The notes under the pieces: generated by a model
Database searches by the model: none
What the model was told of the DNA's origin: nothing
Seen by the model: the letters and a program-made list of their open reading frames with translations, nothing else
Position numbers and translations under genes: made by a program
Shown: piece by piece, positions 37,020-52,600 of the stretch
How positions within the stretch are numbered: the first letter of the stretch is position 1
Layout: every line of letters starts with the position of its first letter
Source: Eledone cirrhosa
Taxonomy: Eukaryota
NCBI GenBank assembly: GCA_964016885.1
Contig: OZ024743.1
Coordinates: 366,668,001 to 366,732,000 of the forward strand
Direction of reading: 5' to 3'
Length of the DNA stretch: 64,000 nucleotides

Positions 37020-38845
37020 TACATATGGCACATAAACTGGGCTCACATATGAGCAAAAGGACCTTTTGCAGACTATCTCAATGATAAATGACGATGACCT
37101 TATTATCATGACTGATGACTTCAATGACAATATTGGTAAAACACGCACAACTTCCCTGGAGTACATGGAGAATATGGGTTTGCTACAAGAAAAAAAGGAG
37201 TGGTCAAGACTTATGGAGTTCTCCAATGCTCTTGACCTAACTATTTGCAATACAAACTTCAGATACCAGTCAGCCACCTGATTACTTACCAATTAGGGGA
37301 ACATACAGGCCAAATTAATTTTGTTCTCACCAGGAAGCAAGATAGGCAAATGGCTGTAAATATCAAGTCCATACATGGGGAAGAATGTAACTCCTAACAT
37401 AGATTAGTTGTCAGTGATTTTAGAGTAATGGTTAGATGAACTGCAAGACTAAAGCCAGTTTGGAGGAGGACATGGAAGCTAAAAGAATCCCCAGCTTGCA
37501 ACAGATTCAGAGGAAGCCTATGACAGCAAGGAAGAGGAGTTGTGGACAATAACATAGAGAAAATTGGGAATTCCTGCAATACAATCTGCTTAAGCAATGG
37601 ACCATGTTTGCGGCTGAAGCAGGACCCCAGCTAGATAGAGGGCAATGTGGTGGTGGAATGATACGATAGGTAGCACCATAAAAACCAAAAGACAAGCCTG
37701 GAAAAACTGGAGAAAAAGGGGAATAGAAAGCAATACCTGCAATACTTAATAGCTAGAATAGAGGTGAGGTGATAGATATAATTGGCAAGGGAAGAAGTAG
37801 TAAAGAAAAGTTTGCGCATGTTCTATGTCATGATGATCAGATGCATAAAGTGTTCTTGATTGCGAAAAAAGTGTGCTAGAGAAAACCAAGACATAGTTGG
37901 GAAAAATGTGTTTGAAATGATAGTGGAACATTTGCCCTGTCTGATGCAAAGAAGAAAGAGGCATGGAAAGCTTACTATGAGAGACTTGCTGAATGAAGAG
38001 AATGAAGAGATTTATACCAGGAAGAAAGAAGCACAGAAGTCCTATATGAGAGATTGTTCAATGAAGAGGATAAATGAGAGTGAGGGCCTACTCCATGTAG
38101 ACCCAACTGAGAGTCCAGCCATAAAAGTTGACAGCAGAGTGATAGACAAAGCAATTAAAGATATAGGAGGACAGCTGGACCATCTAGTAGGTTATGAGCT
38201 AGTTAGATACATAATTTATCAAGTAGTACAAGATGGTGCCATACCCAATGACTGGCACAGCAGTATCATTGTGAACTGCTATAAGGATAAGGGGGACACA
38301 CTAGAAAGAGGAACTATAGAGGTATTTTAAAGCTACTGAGAGGGTTATGGCATATTGAATTAGAGACATAGTTAAGCTAGATGAGACACAGTTCAGCTTC
38401 ATGCCAGGTGTGAGTACTACTGTCCACCAGGGCTCAGTCCTTAGCCCACTTCTGTTTATCATTGTCCATCAAGCCATTACAGAGGAGTTTTGAAATGGGC
38501 AGCCATGGGAACGCCTGTATGTAGATGATCTAGTCTATATTGCTGAATCCGTGGGAGAGTTAGAGGTAAAATTCCAAACATGGAAGATAAAGTTAGAATC
38601 TAAAGCCTAAAATTAAATTTAGCAAAGACTAAGGTCTAAATATGTAAGAAAGAAGACAGGAAACTGATACTATCAAGGAAATGGCCTTGTTTGATGTGTC
38701 GAAAAAGGGTGGGCAGAAACTCTATAAGGTGCACACTGAAAGTGTGACAGCAGGGGTAAGAACAGGCTGGAAGAAGTTGAGGGAGTTGGTACTTCTGGTG
38801 ACAACAAAGTGCTTTTCTCACAGAATGAAGAGTAGACTGTATGAC
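37020..38845 (+). mobile_element. Old degraded RTE LINE (APE endonuclease to RT)
   Basis: DDFNDNIG, ICNTNF, HRLVVSDF, IPNDWHSSIIVNCYK, HQGSVLSPLLF and LYVDDL; many stops and deletions. Confidence 0.85.
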
Positions 38846-39199
38846 ATGTGTCATTTTCATGAATTTCGACCTAACTGTATTTCTATTCATGACTGTTTAC
38901 ATGACCAGCAAGTAGATGAAACAGAAATGAAACATTTCCTAAGAAATACACATCACTACTTATGTGAAACTAAGTCACCATTATCTGTAAAAAAAAAATC
39001 ACAAATGAGACATTGACTTTCAAATTAGCTGCAAAATGCTGCAAATTGAAGAACTACCCAGAAGATCGATATTTCACATATATCCTGGAAAAGCAATCAG
39101 AGGCAAACGCATGAGTTAGACAAATCAAGGAAAAGAGAGTTAGGGCAAGGGTGTCACCTTATCTGACACCATTCTCTACAGGCATGGGTCACACCATGT

Positions 39200-39420
39200 T
39201 CCTATGCTTTCATTTCATCATGAAATTAATTAATTATTGATACAAAGTAATCTGGACAACCAAGTTTATGGAGTGTTTTCCACAAGGTTGCCTTATGCAC
39301 AGTATTGAAGGCTTTTGTTAGATCAATGGAAACCTGGACAAGATCCATGTTCTGCTCATACCACATGGCTGAGTATACCACGCAGACACATGAATACTTA
39401 ACATAATCCTCATGCAGATT
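39200..39420 (-). mobile_element. LINE RT fragment (different subfamily)
   Basis: IDLTKAFNTV...LWKTLHKLGCPDYFVSII. Confidence 0.7.
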
Positions 39421-40845
39421 CAGCATGACAATGTGATAAAATAGGTAAACCCTTCAAACAACAAGTACAGTCCATCTGATGGGTTTCCCTAATCTCTGTC
39501 TAGCCAATTTCGTTCACAAGCCTTGAATCACCCTCAGACATGTGCCTTAGATGCCATGCAGTGAGAACAAACCCAAGGCGTCGTGATTGTGAAGCCAACT
39601 TTTTAACCACTCAGCTATGATCGCCCCTATGCTATAGACAATATTCACACATGCAGACATTATTTAATCCCTATAGACACTAAATACACATTTAAACCAT
39701 CTGTAATTGATTTATACTGTACAGAAATAGAAGTGTTAGGTAAAGTGATCTCACAAACATGTGATGTTTGCAGGATTATATCCATCATCTTTTCCATTTA
39801 GCCAAACTCAAAACAGGCTATGACTGTTAAACTCTATCAGCAGTCAAGCAGAGTCTTGTGATTGTTTAAAAAAACAAAAAAACATTTAATGTTCCATTGA
39901 AATTTAAAAAAAATTTCACTAGTTGGACATATAGTCTTGTTTCAACTAAACACAAAGATGAAAGAATTACGCATGTCGCAAAGAATATAAATCAGACCCC
40001 TGTTCTGAGTAAACCCAACCATCCCACACTTCAGGCAGGCGGTGAATGCACAAAATAAAAAGAAGAGAGAAAGTTACCAGATTACACAGTCCTATCAAAA
40101 CCCTGTAAACTGTTTGTTAACCCTTTTGTTACCAACTGGCCTAAAACTGAATCTGATTCTATGAAACAAATCTATCCATTTTAAAGGGTTCTTATTTAAA
40201 TTAAAATCTTCCAAAAAATCTTTATGTAAAAACCATATGTGAAGTTAGTATATTATGAAATAATCAATAATTTTAGTAAATATCTCGACATTTTTTATTA
40301 ATTAAGTGTATTTGATCAGAAATATAATAACAAAAGGGTTAATATAAACAAGAAAAAAAAGAATACAACTAGATCAATATCATTAATTAGTGATGACTGC
40401 AAGATTGTTTTTATTAGTTGAAATATCTAACAGCACAATGTAGTGGAATAACTGAGATTAATGTTTTGGACTACAGGTCACATAAGTACAGTTCAAAATC
40501 TGACTAGATTTTGTTTTGTACCACTGCACGGGAAACATTTCTTTGCTTGCCTCAGTTTGCAAATGGACAAACATTTCCTCCCCACCCCACCCCACTTTAA
40601 AGTTGACAGTTTAATAGTAGCATAAAGAACAACTAGTTGTAGAAACAATTACTCTAAAATAAACCAAAAAGATAGCCTCTACATAATCATGGGACATGCC
40701 TAAAATAGCAACCAAGACTCCCACAAATGATATCCTATCATCTTAAGATGGCTAATGTAGTCATAGATACACAATGTCGGAATAGGGTCACAGCTGGAAC
40801 ATTTTTTATTATAGATCTACTTGAAGAGAGTTGACCTGGGGTTAA

Positions 40846-40892
<47 letters not shown>
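40846..40892. repeat. (ACT)n microsatellite
   Basis: Pure trinucleotide run. Confidence 0.9.
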
Positions 40893-42465
40893 AGTCCAAG
40901 TCATGGTTGCTGTTATTATTTAGCCCCATATCAGGATCTGAGACCAAACTGGCACTATTGTATTTTTTTTTCAGATAAAGTATATCATAGACTACATTAT
41001 CCAACACACTGGTCCTCCTCTGAGGGAGATTTGACTGCTATTTCTAATAAGTCAAGTAACAACGTAAAGATTTTTTGTTGTAGAGTAAAACAGTTTTTTT
41101 TCTCTGCCAGAAAATGAAGAATACATTGTGAGTGAGATGTGAAATGTTTCAACCAAACTATTTTTAAGTGTATTATGTAAATATATCTAGTGTTATGATG
41201 TAACAAATGTATATTAGTTTGTAAATATGAAGGATGTCAAGAGATTAATGCTTTTGTTACCATACTTATAATGAAAGAAACTGCCTATGATTTTCTATCA
41301 TTTTGAAAATAATCAAGAATTTGGAGGGATTTAACTTTCTCATTATTAAGTTGGTGTTTGGAGCTACTTCTTTGCCCTCTTATTTCTGAGATGATCATGA
41401 GGGCAGAGTCCTCAAACACTCCTTCCAGTGGGTCCTGTCAGAAGCAACTGTCTCCAACTGATCCGACTGAATCCTCAAACGAGACCAGCCAAGCTCATGG
41501 ATGTTATCCAACCACCTTGCTCGGTGGTTTTGCCTGTAAAATCAGTCCAGTGATTCTTTCCTGAGACATTCTAACCACATGCCCATAGTATCGGAGCTGT
41601 GATCTCTCAATTTAGAGAATTTTTGGCACCAAATCATAACCAAATCTCTCTCAAACTGCCATATTTGAGCTGTTCTCATGGATGTTAATTTATATTTTTA
41701 CTGTGATATCTTAATGAGTGGTTTATGTTTTGTTTTATTTGTTCTAAATATTACTTTGAGTGGGTTCTATAATCATTTTAATAAACTCTGAATACACCTG
41801 TGATGTAACTACTAATCGTGAATTATTAAACAAAATAGTTCACTATACGTGACTCAACATTGGTCGAAAAAATTGTCAGTGTATAAATGCCTTAATTCTT
41901 TGGTTTTATATATAAACTATTAATATATATATATATTTATATATATGTGTGTGTGTCTTGACAACCCCCTAGTGCTGGTCATAGAAATCATGTAAAAAAA
42001 GAGTAGAGAGGACTCTTCAGTCATATCAAGACAAACTGCTTATTGCTGGACACTCTGTAAAGAAGTTGGCATTAGGAAGGGCATCAAGCTGTGAAAACCG
42101 TGCCAAAAAAGAACAAATTGAATGAAACATGGTCCACTGACCTATCTGGGAAGATAATAGGTTTAAAATGATGATGATGATGATGATGATATTATTATAT
42201 ATATGATTTTTTTTTTGTCGTTTTGGAAGCCTCAACAATGCAGATGGGTAAATCTCCGGGTAACAGAATCCAGTGGTGAAGAGAGAGATGTAAGGGAATG
42301 TAGAATGAGATGTATAGTGTGTAGAGGAACGTAGGAAAGAGCGTAAAAAATAAAAATAATAACACGAGATAGAGTTACCTTGGGAGAGATTTATATATAT
42401 GTATGTTTGTGAGCCTGTACATCACACAAATATTAAGCAAATAAATACAAAATCTGTTTACTCAC

Positions 42466-42585
42466 TGTTTGTTTGTTAGGCTCAAACTGTAAAATATATG
42501 TCTTCATAGTTGGTAGATAGACTTTATTATAAAAACCAACAATTGAGTCATATCTGTCATCTTGGATTAATATCACTTTATATAT
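42466..42585 (-). CDS. RB1: Retinoblastoma-associated protein exon (end of pocket B)
   Basis: ttttctag|...aca|gtgagt, 120 nt, phase 0-0. IYKVILIQDDRYDSIVGFYNKVYLPTMKTYILQFEPNKQT vs human [38 protein letters not shown]. No p107/p130-type insert is present. Confidence 0.95.
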
Positions 42586-43154
42586 CTAGAAAACCAAAAG
42601 AGAAATATCAAGAATTAGATAGAGAAATATCAACTGAGAAATATAACAGAACATCTGAAAATATTTTTTTTTAATATTTGTAAGAGACGCCAAAAAAAAT
42701 CAAAGTATTGTTAAACAAAAAGACCTCTATGTGATCACCCAACCAGCTAAAAATAGCAACCAAATCTGCAACAAATTACACCTTACTGGTTTAGATAAGG
42801 AAAGAACACATTAATTTAGTCCTACATAAACCTTCTAAAAGCAGTGAATTGGTAAGGTTGTTAGAGTAGCTACAAATAAATAATAGATTAGAAATGCATA
42901 AAGCCAACTGGCTACTATAATAGCACCTCACATGTGTTTTTTAGACACATAGACCAGTTAGAGAACACATTAATTCGTTTTTGCTTAGAACTGTTTTCAT
43001 TTCACATTTGAAAAGAGGGTAAAAACCCTGAAATATCATGTTCAAATATATTGGGTAAAACAAAACTTTTTATTTGTCAACCTTTGCCCATTATATATTT
43101 CTACTGCATTGTATCAGTTTTTTAAAACTTATCAGTCATTTATTTAATATATAT

Positions 43155-44560
43155 ATCATCATCATCATCATTTTTACATCCGCTTTTCCATGCTTGCATG
43201 AGTTCGACAGGTCCTTCTCAGCACAGCATCTCTCCACACACTATGATCATTTGTCATCACCTCTGTAAGTCTCAGCGATTTGAGATCAGTGCTCACAACC
43301 TCTGCCCAGGTCTTTCTTGGTCTACCTCTACCGCAACTTTCTTCCACTGGCATTTCCTGGCACTGCTTCACCCAATTATCATTGTCCATGTGCATCACAT
43401 GTCCAAACCAATGCGGTCTTCTCTCCTGTACACTACCTTGAATTCTCAACTTCTCCTTCAACTCATCCAAGCTTTGCCTCTCTCCCATATTTACATTGCA
43501 CATCCAACGGAGTATAGTTGCATTATTTCTCTCTAGTCTATGCATGCCCTCCGCAGTCACAGCCCATGTTTCACTACAATGTAGCACCACACTTTGCACA
43601 CAGGCGTCATACAGTCATCCTTTTATATGTAGGGAGAAACCTTTTGTCATCAACAATGGAAGTAGCTCTCTGAACTTTTTTCATCCTATCCTTATTCTAA
43701 CTCTTATGTTCTCAGAGCATGCCCCCACTTTGCTAATTATGTTGCCTAGATAGCAGAAGCTATTCTCCTGATGCTTTTAGCATCACAGCAGTTATCTCTG
43801 ATGGTCCTGCGGCTTTACCATTCTTCATCCCTTTCATTGCTTCTTTAACCCTATAACTGTCAACTTCAATGAGAGTCCTTGTTGGGTAGATTGGGGCTAA
43901 TTTCTCTTCCTCCCATGTGTTTTCTATATTTATCAGTCTCTCATAACATTTCCAGGTTTCTTTCTTCTGACCGCCAGTGTTGCTATTTACACCGGTGTCA
44001 TTTCTAACACACTTTTCTCCAACATCATGATTCACACTGATACACTGCCTTACAATGCAGAACACTTTGCATCTCTGGTCCTCGTGTCACAGGATGTTGG
44101 CAAACTTTCTTTTTTCAGCCTCTCTCCTAGCTGTGAATAGTTGTCACCTAGCTTCTTTCTTAGCCACTAGGTACCTGTCTCTGCTACCCCCGTTTTACCA
44201 ATCTTTCCAAGCCTGTCTTTTGGCTTTGATGGTTCCATCTACTGAGCTGTTCCACCACCAGGTCATCCTGTCTGGCTGGTGCTCTACTCCAGCCACAAGT
44301 CTCATCAGTAGTTTGTAAAAGGTTCTCATGTAAGAATCTTTAGTTATCCTCTATATCATAGGTATCTAACTCATCACTTCTCTCATCAAATGCATCCTGT
44401 AGGGCCTTTCTAAACTTATATTTAATCAAGAGATCCTTTAGCTTCCAGACCCTACATCTCCATATTTTCCTGTGTGTCTTTTTCTATCTCATGTTTATTT
44501 TGATATCACCAATAACTAACTTGTGCTGAGCAGTTCATTCTTCTCCAGGGAGGCCTTAGC
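43155..44560 (-). mobile_element. Degraded RTE LINE with internal deletion of the RT core
   Basis: KAAGPSEITAVMLKASGE is joined directly to SFCYLG...WFGHV; gatgat tail. Confidence 0.88.
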
Positions 44561-45580
44561 ATTTATTACAGTCTGTTTGTCTTGTTGTCAAACAAGTAAA
44601 TAATCAATTTGGTTTTTGTGTTCACCTGATTGATATTTATATATACACATATAACATTGCTCAAACTACATTCTAAAACTCCAAAACAATCTGCTAGACA
44701 ATTCTCTTTGTCCAAATATGATACCAACCACCTCCACCTCATAGCATAGAAGCTCAAGTTAATGACTCTGATTAATGTGGACCTCATGATCTTACTTGCT
44801 GAAAGTACATTCCAAAGACCAGGCTTTCTCTTCAGGACTAGAACATGACCTTTGCAAACCATTCCAGACTGATGACTAACTGTCTTGATACTCATAGGAA
44901 AAATGTGGGGATGATAGAATTCCAGAGAGTTGTAATTTTAGATAAGAAGAATTGAATAAAATGTTTAAAGTGGGGTGAAAGAAAATATGGATGATGAATA
45001 GAGACAGGGCTGGTACATTGGGTGATACACAGATTTCTGTATCAGAATAACAAAAATGTACTGTAATATTAAAAGAGAGAGTCCATTCTGAACAATAGTT
45101 TATTTAGGGTGTGGATGAAGGTGTTGCTCCACAAACTCAAACTGGTTTGCTCTGTGTTATATGACTTCTTGAGTAGAATTAACCAAGACTACTCAAACAA
45201 AACAAGAGTCATAAAAATATAAAATTAAAACAAAACAATAACAATAATAATGAAATTATTGTGTACAGTGCTCGGGTGCACTACAACTCATCAAATAATA
45301 GTATATACAAGGCCAGCAATTATCCCAGTGCATTACTGGTACTTTATTTTATCAACCCCGTAAGGATAAAAGGCAAAGTTAACCTCGGTGGGATTTGAAC
45401 TCAAACCGTAAAGGGCCGTAACTCCATGTTGCAAAGCATGGTGCCCGACCCTCTACCGATACTGCCAATCCAACGCCATAGAATAATGTACAAATGTCAG
45501 CAAAGGGAACAGTGCATGAGTCATGATATACATGTGGGTGTGTGTATGGAGAGGGGGGGGGGGATAAATAAAGTACTTAC

Positions 45581-45685
45581 TTCTTGTTGAGCAAGTGAAA
45601 TTTCCTTTGCTTTATTTACAATAGTTTTAAACTTAATCTCTTGGCGCACTACTCGGCAGATACCATACAAACAGCAGACCATAAT
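45581..45685 (-). CDS. RB1: Retinoblastoma-associated protein exon (pocket B, LxCxE cleft)
   Basis: ttttgaag|...gaa|gtaagt, 105 nt, phase 0-0. IMVCCLYGICRVVRQEIKFKTIVNKAKEISLAQQE vs human [35 protein letters not shown]. Confidence 0.95.
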
Positions 45686-46448
45686 CTTCAAAATGAAAAT
45701 TTGGGATAATTTTTTTAAAAAAAGGTTACGCTTTTCTAAAAAAGAGATTTAAAAGTAATCAATAATTCAGATATTACATATTGATTTAAAATAATAATGA
45801 AATTATTGTGTAAAGTGCACTACAACATTTCTACTTTAATACAATGCTATAAATTAAGAAAAAGGTGTATAGTCACTTGAATCATTTGTAGTATACAGCT
45901 GGCATTAACCCCAAAATAATGAAGGTCAAGGTCAATTCTAGCAGAGATTCAACACTTAAGGATGTAAATCAACATTACAAAGTAATATTATTTACCACTT
46001 ATTAAAAATATATATTGCATACAATATCATACCAGTTTTTCTTGTTTTTTTCGTTTTTTCAATAATTATATTTTTATATCAATTTTAACATCCAATCATG
46101 GATTCCACAATTCCACAGAAAAATATTTCTCTCTCTCTCTCTCAATACCATGCCACCTTGTTTGTGAAATTCAATCTAACCCCACATAAATAATTACGAA
46201 GTCTATCTCAGCTACAAATACATCAACTCTCAACTCACAAAATTCCAGATCTTTAAAATGTCCAACAATATTTAGCCTTAGATATATCTATGAACTGTCA
46301 TTAATAGTGCTTTTGGGTTTCTTGTTTCAAGTGTAGCCAGTTGAAATACAGACACAACTGCATGACTGAATGATCAACTGACTCCAGTTATTCATAAAAA
46401 AGATAAAGGCTATAATATTAAAAAATTACATCTTTCAATGTTACATAC

Positions 46449-46526
46449 CTGGTCAAGATGTCTGTTACGTAGTAATTCACGATTATGTATGATACAATGG
46501 ACAAGACAGGTCCAGACTTTCTGTGT
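46449..46526 (-). CDS. RB1: Retinoblastoma-associated protein exon (pocket B)
   Basis: ctttctttcag|...cag|gtatgt, 78 nt, phase 0-0. TQKVWTCLVHCIIHNRELLRNRHLDQ vs human RB1 [26 protein letters not shown]. Confidence 0.95.
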
Positions 46527-46647
46527 CTGAAAGAAAGAGAAAGTAAAAAAAATAATGTTTTAGAGCAAACAGACTGAAATATTGGATTTGTTTCAAACAA
46601 TAAACTAACAAAGGGAATAAATTATTAACAATAAAATGTCTAAGGAT

Positions 46648-49600
46648 AACTCCCACCATTACCACTACTACTACCATTACTACAACTCCCACCATTACCA
46701 CTACTACTACCATTACTACAACTTCCACCCTTACCACTACTACTACCACTACTACAACTCCCACCGTTACCACTACTACTACCATTACTACAACTTCCAC
46801 CGTTACCACTACTACTACCATTACTACAACTCCCACCGTTACCACTACTACTACCATTACTACAACTCCCACCATTACCACTACTACTACCATTACTACA
46901 ACTTCCACCCTTACCACTACTACTACCACTACTACAACTCCCACCGTTACCACTACTACTACCATTACTACAACTTCCACCGTTACCACTACTACTACCA
47001 TTACTACAACTTCCACCGTTACCACTACTACTACCATTACTACAACTCCCACCATTACCACTACTACTACCATTACTACAACTTCCACCATTACCACTAC
47101 TACTACCATTACTACAACTCCCACCATTACCACTACTACTACCATTACTACAACTTCCACCGTTACCACTACTACTACCATTACTACAACTCCCACCATT
47201 ACCACTACTACTACCATTACTACAACTTCCACCGTTACCACTACTACTACCATTACTACAACTCCCACCATTACCACTACTACTACCATTACTACAACTT
47301 CCACCATTACCACTACTACTACCATTACTACAACTCCCACCATTACCACTACTACTACCATTACTACAACTTCCACCGTTACCACTACTACTACCATTAC
47401 TACAACTTCCTCCATTACCACTACTACTACCATTACTACAACTTCCACCATTACCACTACTACTACCATTACTACAACTCCCACCATTACCACTACTACT
47501 ACCATTACTACAACTCCCACCATTACCACTACTACTACCATTACTACAACTCCCACCATTACCACTACTACTACCATTACTACAACTTCCTCCATTACCA
47601 CTACTACTACCATTACTACAACTTCCTCCATTACCACTACTACTACCATTACTACAACTTCCACCATTACCACTACTACTACCATTACTACAACTCCCAC
47701 CATTACCACTACTACTACCATTACTACAACTCCCACCGTTACCACTGCTACTACCATTACTACAACTCCCACCGTTACCACTACTACTACCATTACTACA
47801 ACTCCCACCATTACCACTACTACTACCATTACTACAACTCCCACCATTACCACTACTACTACCATTACTACAACACCCACCATTACCACTACTACTACCA
47901 TTACTACAACTCCCACCATTACCACTGCTACTACCATTACTACAACTTCCACCGTTACCACTACTACTACCATTACTACAACTTCCTCCATTACCACTAC
48001 TACTACCATTACTACAACTCCCACCATTACCACTACTACCACCATTACTATAACTACCACCGTTACCACTACTACTACCATTACTACAACTTCCACCATT
48101 ACCACTACTACTACCGTTACTACAACACCCACCATTACCACTACTACTACCATTACTACAACTCCCACCGTTACCACTACTACTACCATTACTACAACTC
48201 CCACCGTTACCACTACTACTACCATTACTACAACTTCCTCCATTACCACTACTACTACCATTACTACAACTCCCACCGTTACCACTACTACTACCATTAC
48301 TACAACTCCGACCGTTACCACTACTACTACCATTACTACAACTCCCACCATTACCACTACTACTACCGTTACTACAACTTCCACCGTTACCACTACTACT
48401 CCCATTACTACAACTCCCACCATTACCACTACTACTACCATTACTACAACTCCCACCATTACCACTACTACTACCATTACTACAACTCCGACCGTTACCA
48501 CTACTACTACCATTACTACAACTCCCACCATTACCACTACTACTACCGTTACTACAACTTCCACCGTTACCACTACTACTCCCATTACTACAACTCCCAC
48601 CATTACCACTACTACTACCGTTACTACAACTCCCACCGTTACCACTACTACTACCATTACTACAACTCCGACCGTTACCACTACTACTACCATTACTACA
48701 ACACCCACCATTACCACTACTACTACCGTTACTACAACTTCCACCGTTACCACTACTACTACCATTACTACAACTTCCACCATTACCACTACTACTACCA
48801 TTACTACAACTCCGACCGTTACCACTACTACTACCATTACTACAACACCCACCATTACCACTACTACTACCGTTACTACAACTTCCACCGTTACCACTAC
48901 TACTACCATTACTACAACTTCCACCATTACCACTACTACTACCGTTACTACAACACCCACCATTACCACTACTACTACCATTACTACAACTCCCACCGTT
49001 ACCACTACTACTACCACTACTACTACCATTACTACAACTCCCACCGTTACCACTACTACTACCATTACTACAACTCCCACCGTTACCACTACTACTACCA
49101 TTACTACAACTTCCACCATTACCACTACTACTACCGTTACTACAACTCCCACCGTTACCACTACTACTACCATTACTACAACTCCCACCATTACCACTAC
49201 TACTACCATTACTACAACTTCCTCCATTACCACTACTACTACCATTACTACAACTTCCTCCATTACCACTACTACTACCATTACTACAACTCCCACCATT
49301 ACCACTACTACTACCATTACTACAACTCCCACCATTACCACTACTACTACCATTACTACAACTTCCTCCATTACCACTACTACTACCATTACTACAACTC
49401 CCACCATTACCACTACTACTACCATTACTACAACTTCCTCCATTACCACTACTACTACCATTACTACAACTCCCACCGTTACCACTACTACTACCATTAC
49501 TACAACTCCCACCGTTACCACTACTACTACCATTACTACAACTCCCACCATTACCACTACTACTACCATTACTACAACTTCCTCCATTACCACTACTACT

Positions 49601-52600
49601 ACCATTACTACAACTTCCTCCATTACCACTACTACTACCATTACTACAACTCCCACCATTACCACTACTACTACCATTACTACAACTCCCACCATTACCA
49701 CTACTACTACCATTACTACAACTTCCTCCATTACCACTACTACTACCATTACTACAACTTCCTCCATTACCACTACTACTACCATTACTACAACTCCCAC
49801 CATTACCACTACTACTACCATTACTACAACTCCCACCATTACCACTACTACTACCATTACTACAACTTCCTCCATTACCACTACTACTACCATTACTACA
49901 ACTTCCTCCATTACCACTACTACTACCATTACTACAACTCCCACCATTACCACTACTACTACCATTACTACAACTCCCACCATTACCACTACTACTACCA
50001 TTACTACAACTTCCTCCATTACCACTACTACTACCATTACTACAACTCCCACCATTACCACTACTACTACCATTACTACAACTCCCACCATTACCACTAC
50101 TACTACCATTACTACAACTTCCTCCATTACCACTACTACTACCATTACTACAACTCCCACCATTACCACTACTACTACCATTACTACAACTTCCTCCATT
50201 ACCACTACTACTACCATTACTACAACTCCCACCGTTACCACTACTACTACCATTACTACAACTTCCTCCATTACCACTACTACTACCATTACTACAACTC
50301 CCACCATTACCACTACTACTACCATTACTACAACTTCCTCCATTACCACTACTACTACCATTACTACAACTTCCTCCATTACCACTACTACTACCATTAC
50401 TACAACTCCCACCATTACCACTACTACTACCATTACTACAACTTCCTCCATTACCACTACTACTACCATTACTACAACTCCCACCGTTACCACTACTACT
50501 ACCATTACTACAACTCCCACCATTACCACTACTACTACCATTACTACAACTTCCTCCATTACCACTACTACTACCATTACTACAACTTCCTCCATTACCA
50601 CTACTACTACCATTACTACAACTCCCACCGTTACCACTACTACTACCATTACTACAACTCCCACCATTACCACTACTACTACCATTACTACAACTTCCTC
50701 CATGACCACTACTACTACCATTACTACAACTTCCTCCATTACCACTACTACTACCATTACTACAACTCCCACCATTACCACTACTACTACCATTACTACA
50801 ACTCCCACCATTACCACTACTACTACCATTACTACAATTCCTCCATTACCACTACTACTACCATTACTACAACTCCCACCATTACCACTACTACTACCAT
50901 TACTACAACTCCCACCATTACCACTACTACTACCATTACTACAACTCCCACCATTACCACTACTACTACCATTACTACAACTTCCTCCATTACCACTACT
51001 ACTACCATTACTACAACTTCCTCCATTACCACTACTACTACCATTACTACAACTCCCACCGTTACCACTACTACTACCATTACTACAACTCCCACCATTA
51101 CCACTACTACTACCATTACTACAACTTCCTCCATGACCACTACTACTACCATTACTACAACTTCCTCCATTACCACTACTACTACCATTACTACAACTCC
51201 CACCATTACCACTACTACTACCATTACTACAACTCCCACCATTACCACTACTACTACCATTACTACAATTCCTCCATTACCACTACTACTACCATTACTA
51301 CAACTCCCACCATTACCACTACTACTACCATTACTACAACTTCCTCCATGACCACTACTACTACCATTACTACAACTTCCTCCATTACCACTACTACTAC
51401 CATTACTACAACTCCCACCATTACCACTACTACTACCATTACTACAACTCCCACCATTACCACTACTACTACCATTACTACAACTTCCTCCATTACCACT
51501 ACTACTACCATTACTACAACTTCCTCCATTACCACTACTACTACCATTACTACAACTACCACCATTACCACTACTACTACCATTACTACAACTTCCTCCA
51601 TTACCACTACTACTACCATTACTACAACTCCCACCATTACCACTACTACTACCATTACTACAACTTCCTCCATTACCACTACTACTACCGTTACTACAAC
51701 TACCACCATTACCACTACTACTACCATTACTACAACTTCCTCCATTACCACTACTACTACCATTACTACAACTCCCACCATTACCACTACTACTACCATT
51801 ACTACAACTTCCTCCATTACCACTACTACTACCATTACTACAACTCCCACCGTTACCACTACTACTACCATTACTACAACTCCCACTGTTACCACTACTA
51901 CTACCATTACTACAACTTCCACCATTACCACTACTACCACCATTACTATAACTACCACCGTTACCACTACTACTACCATTACTACAACTTCCACCATTAC
52001 CACTACTACTACCGTTACTACAACACCCACCATTACCACTACTACTACCATTACCACTACTACTACCATTACTACAACTCCCACCATTACCACTACTACT
52101 ACCATTACTACAACTTCCACCGTTACCACTACTACAACCATTACTACAACTTCCACTACAACTCCCACCATTACCACTACTACTACCATTACTACAACTC
52201 CCACCATTACCACTACTACTACCATTACTACAACTCCCACCGTTACCACTACTACTACCATTACTACAACTCCCACCATTACCACTACTACTACCATTAC
52301 TACAACTCCGACCGTTACTACTACTACTACCATTACTACAACTCCCACCATTACCACTACTACTACCGTTACTACAACTTCCACCGTTACCACTACTACT
52401 ACCATTACTACAACTTCCACCATTACCACTACTACTACCATTACTACAACTTCCACCATTACCACTACTACTACCGTTACCACTACTACTACCATTACTA
52501 CAACTCCCACCATTACCACTACTACTACCATTACTACAACTTACACCATTACCACTACTACTACCATTACTACAACTTCCACCATTACCACTACTACTAC

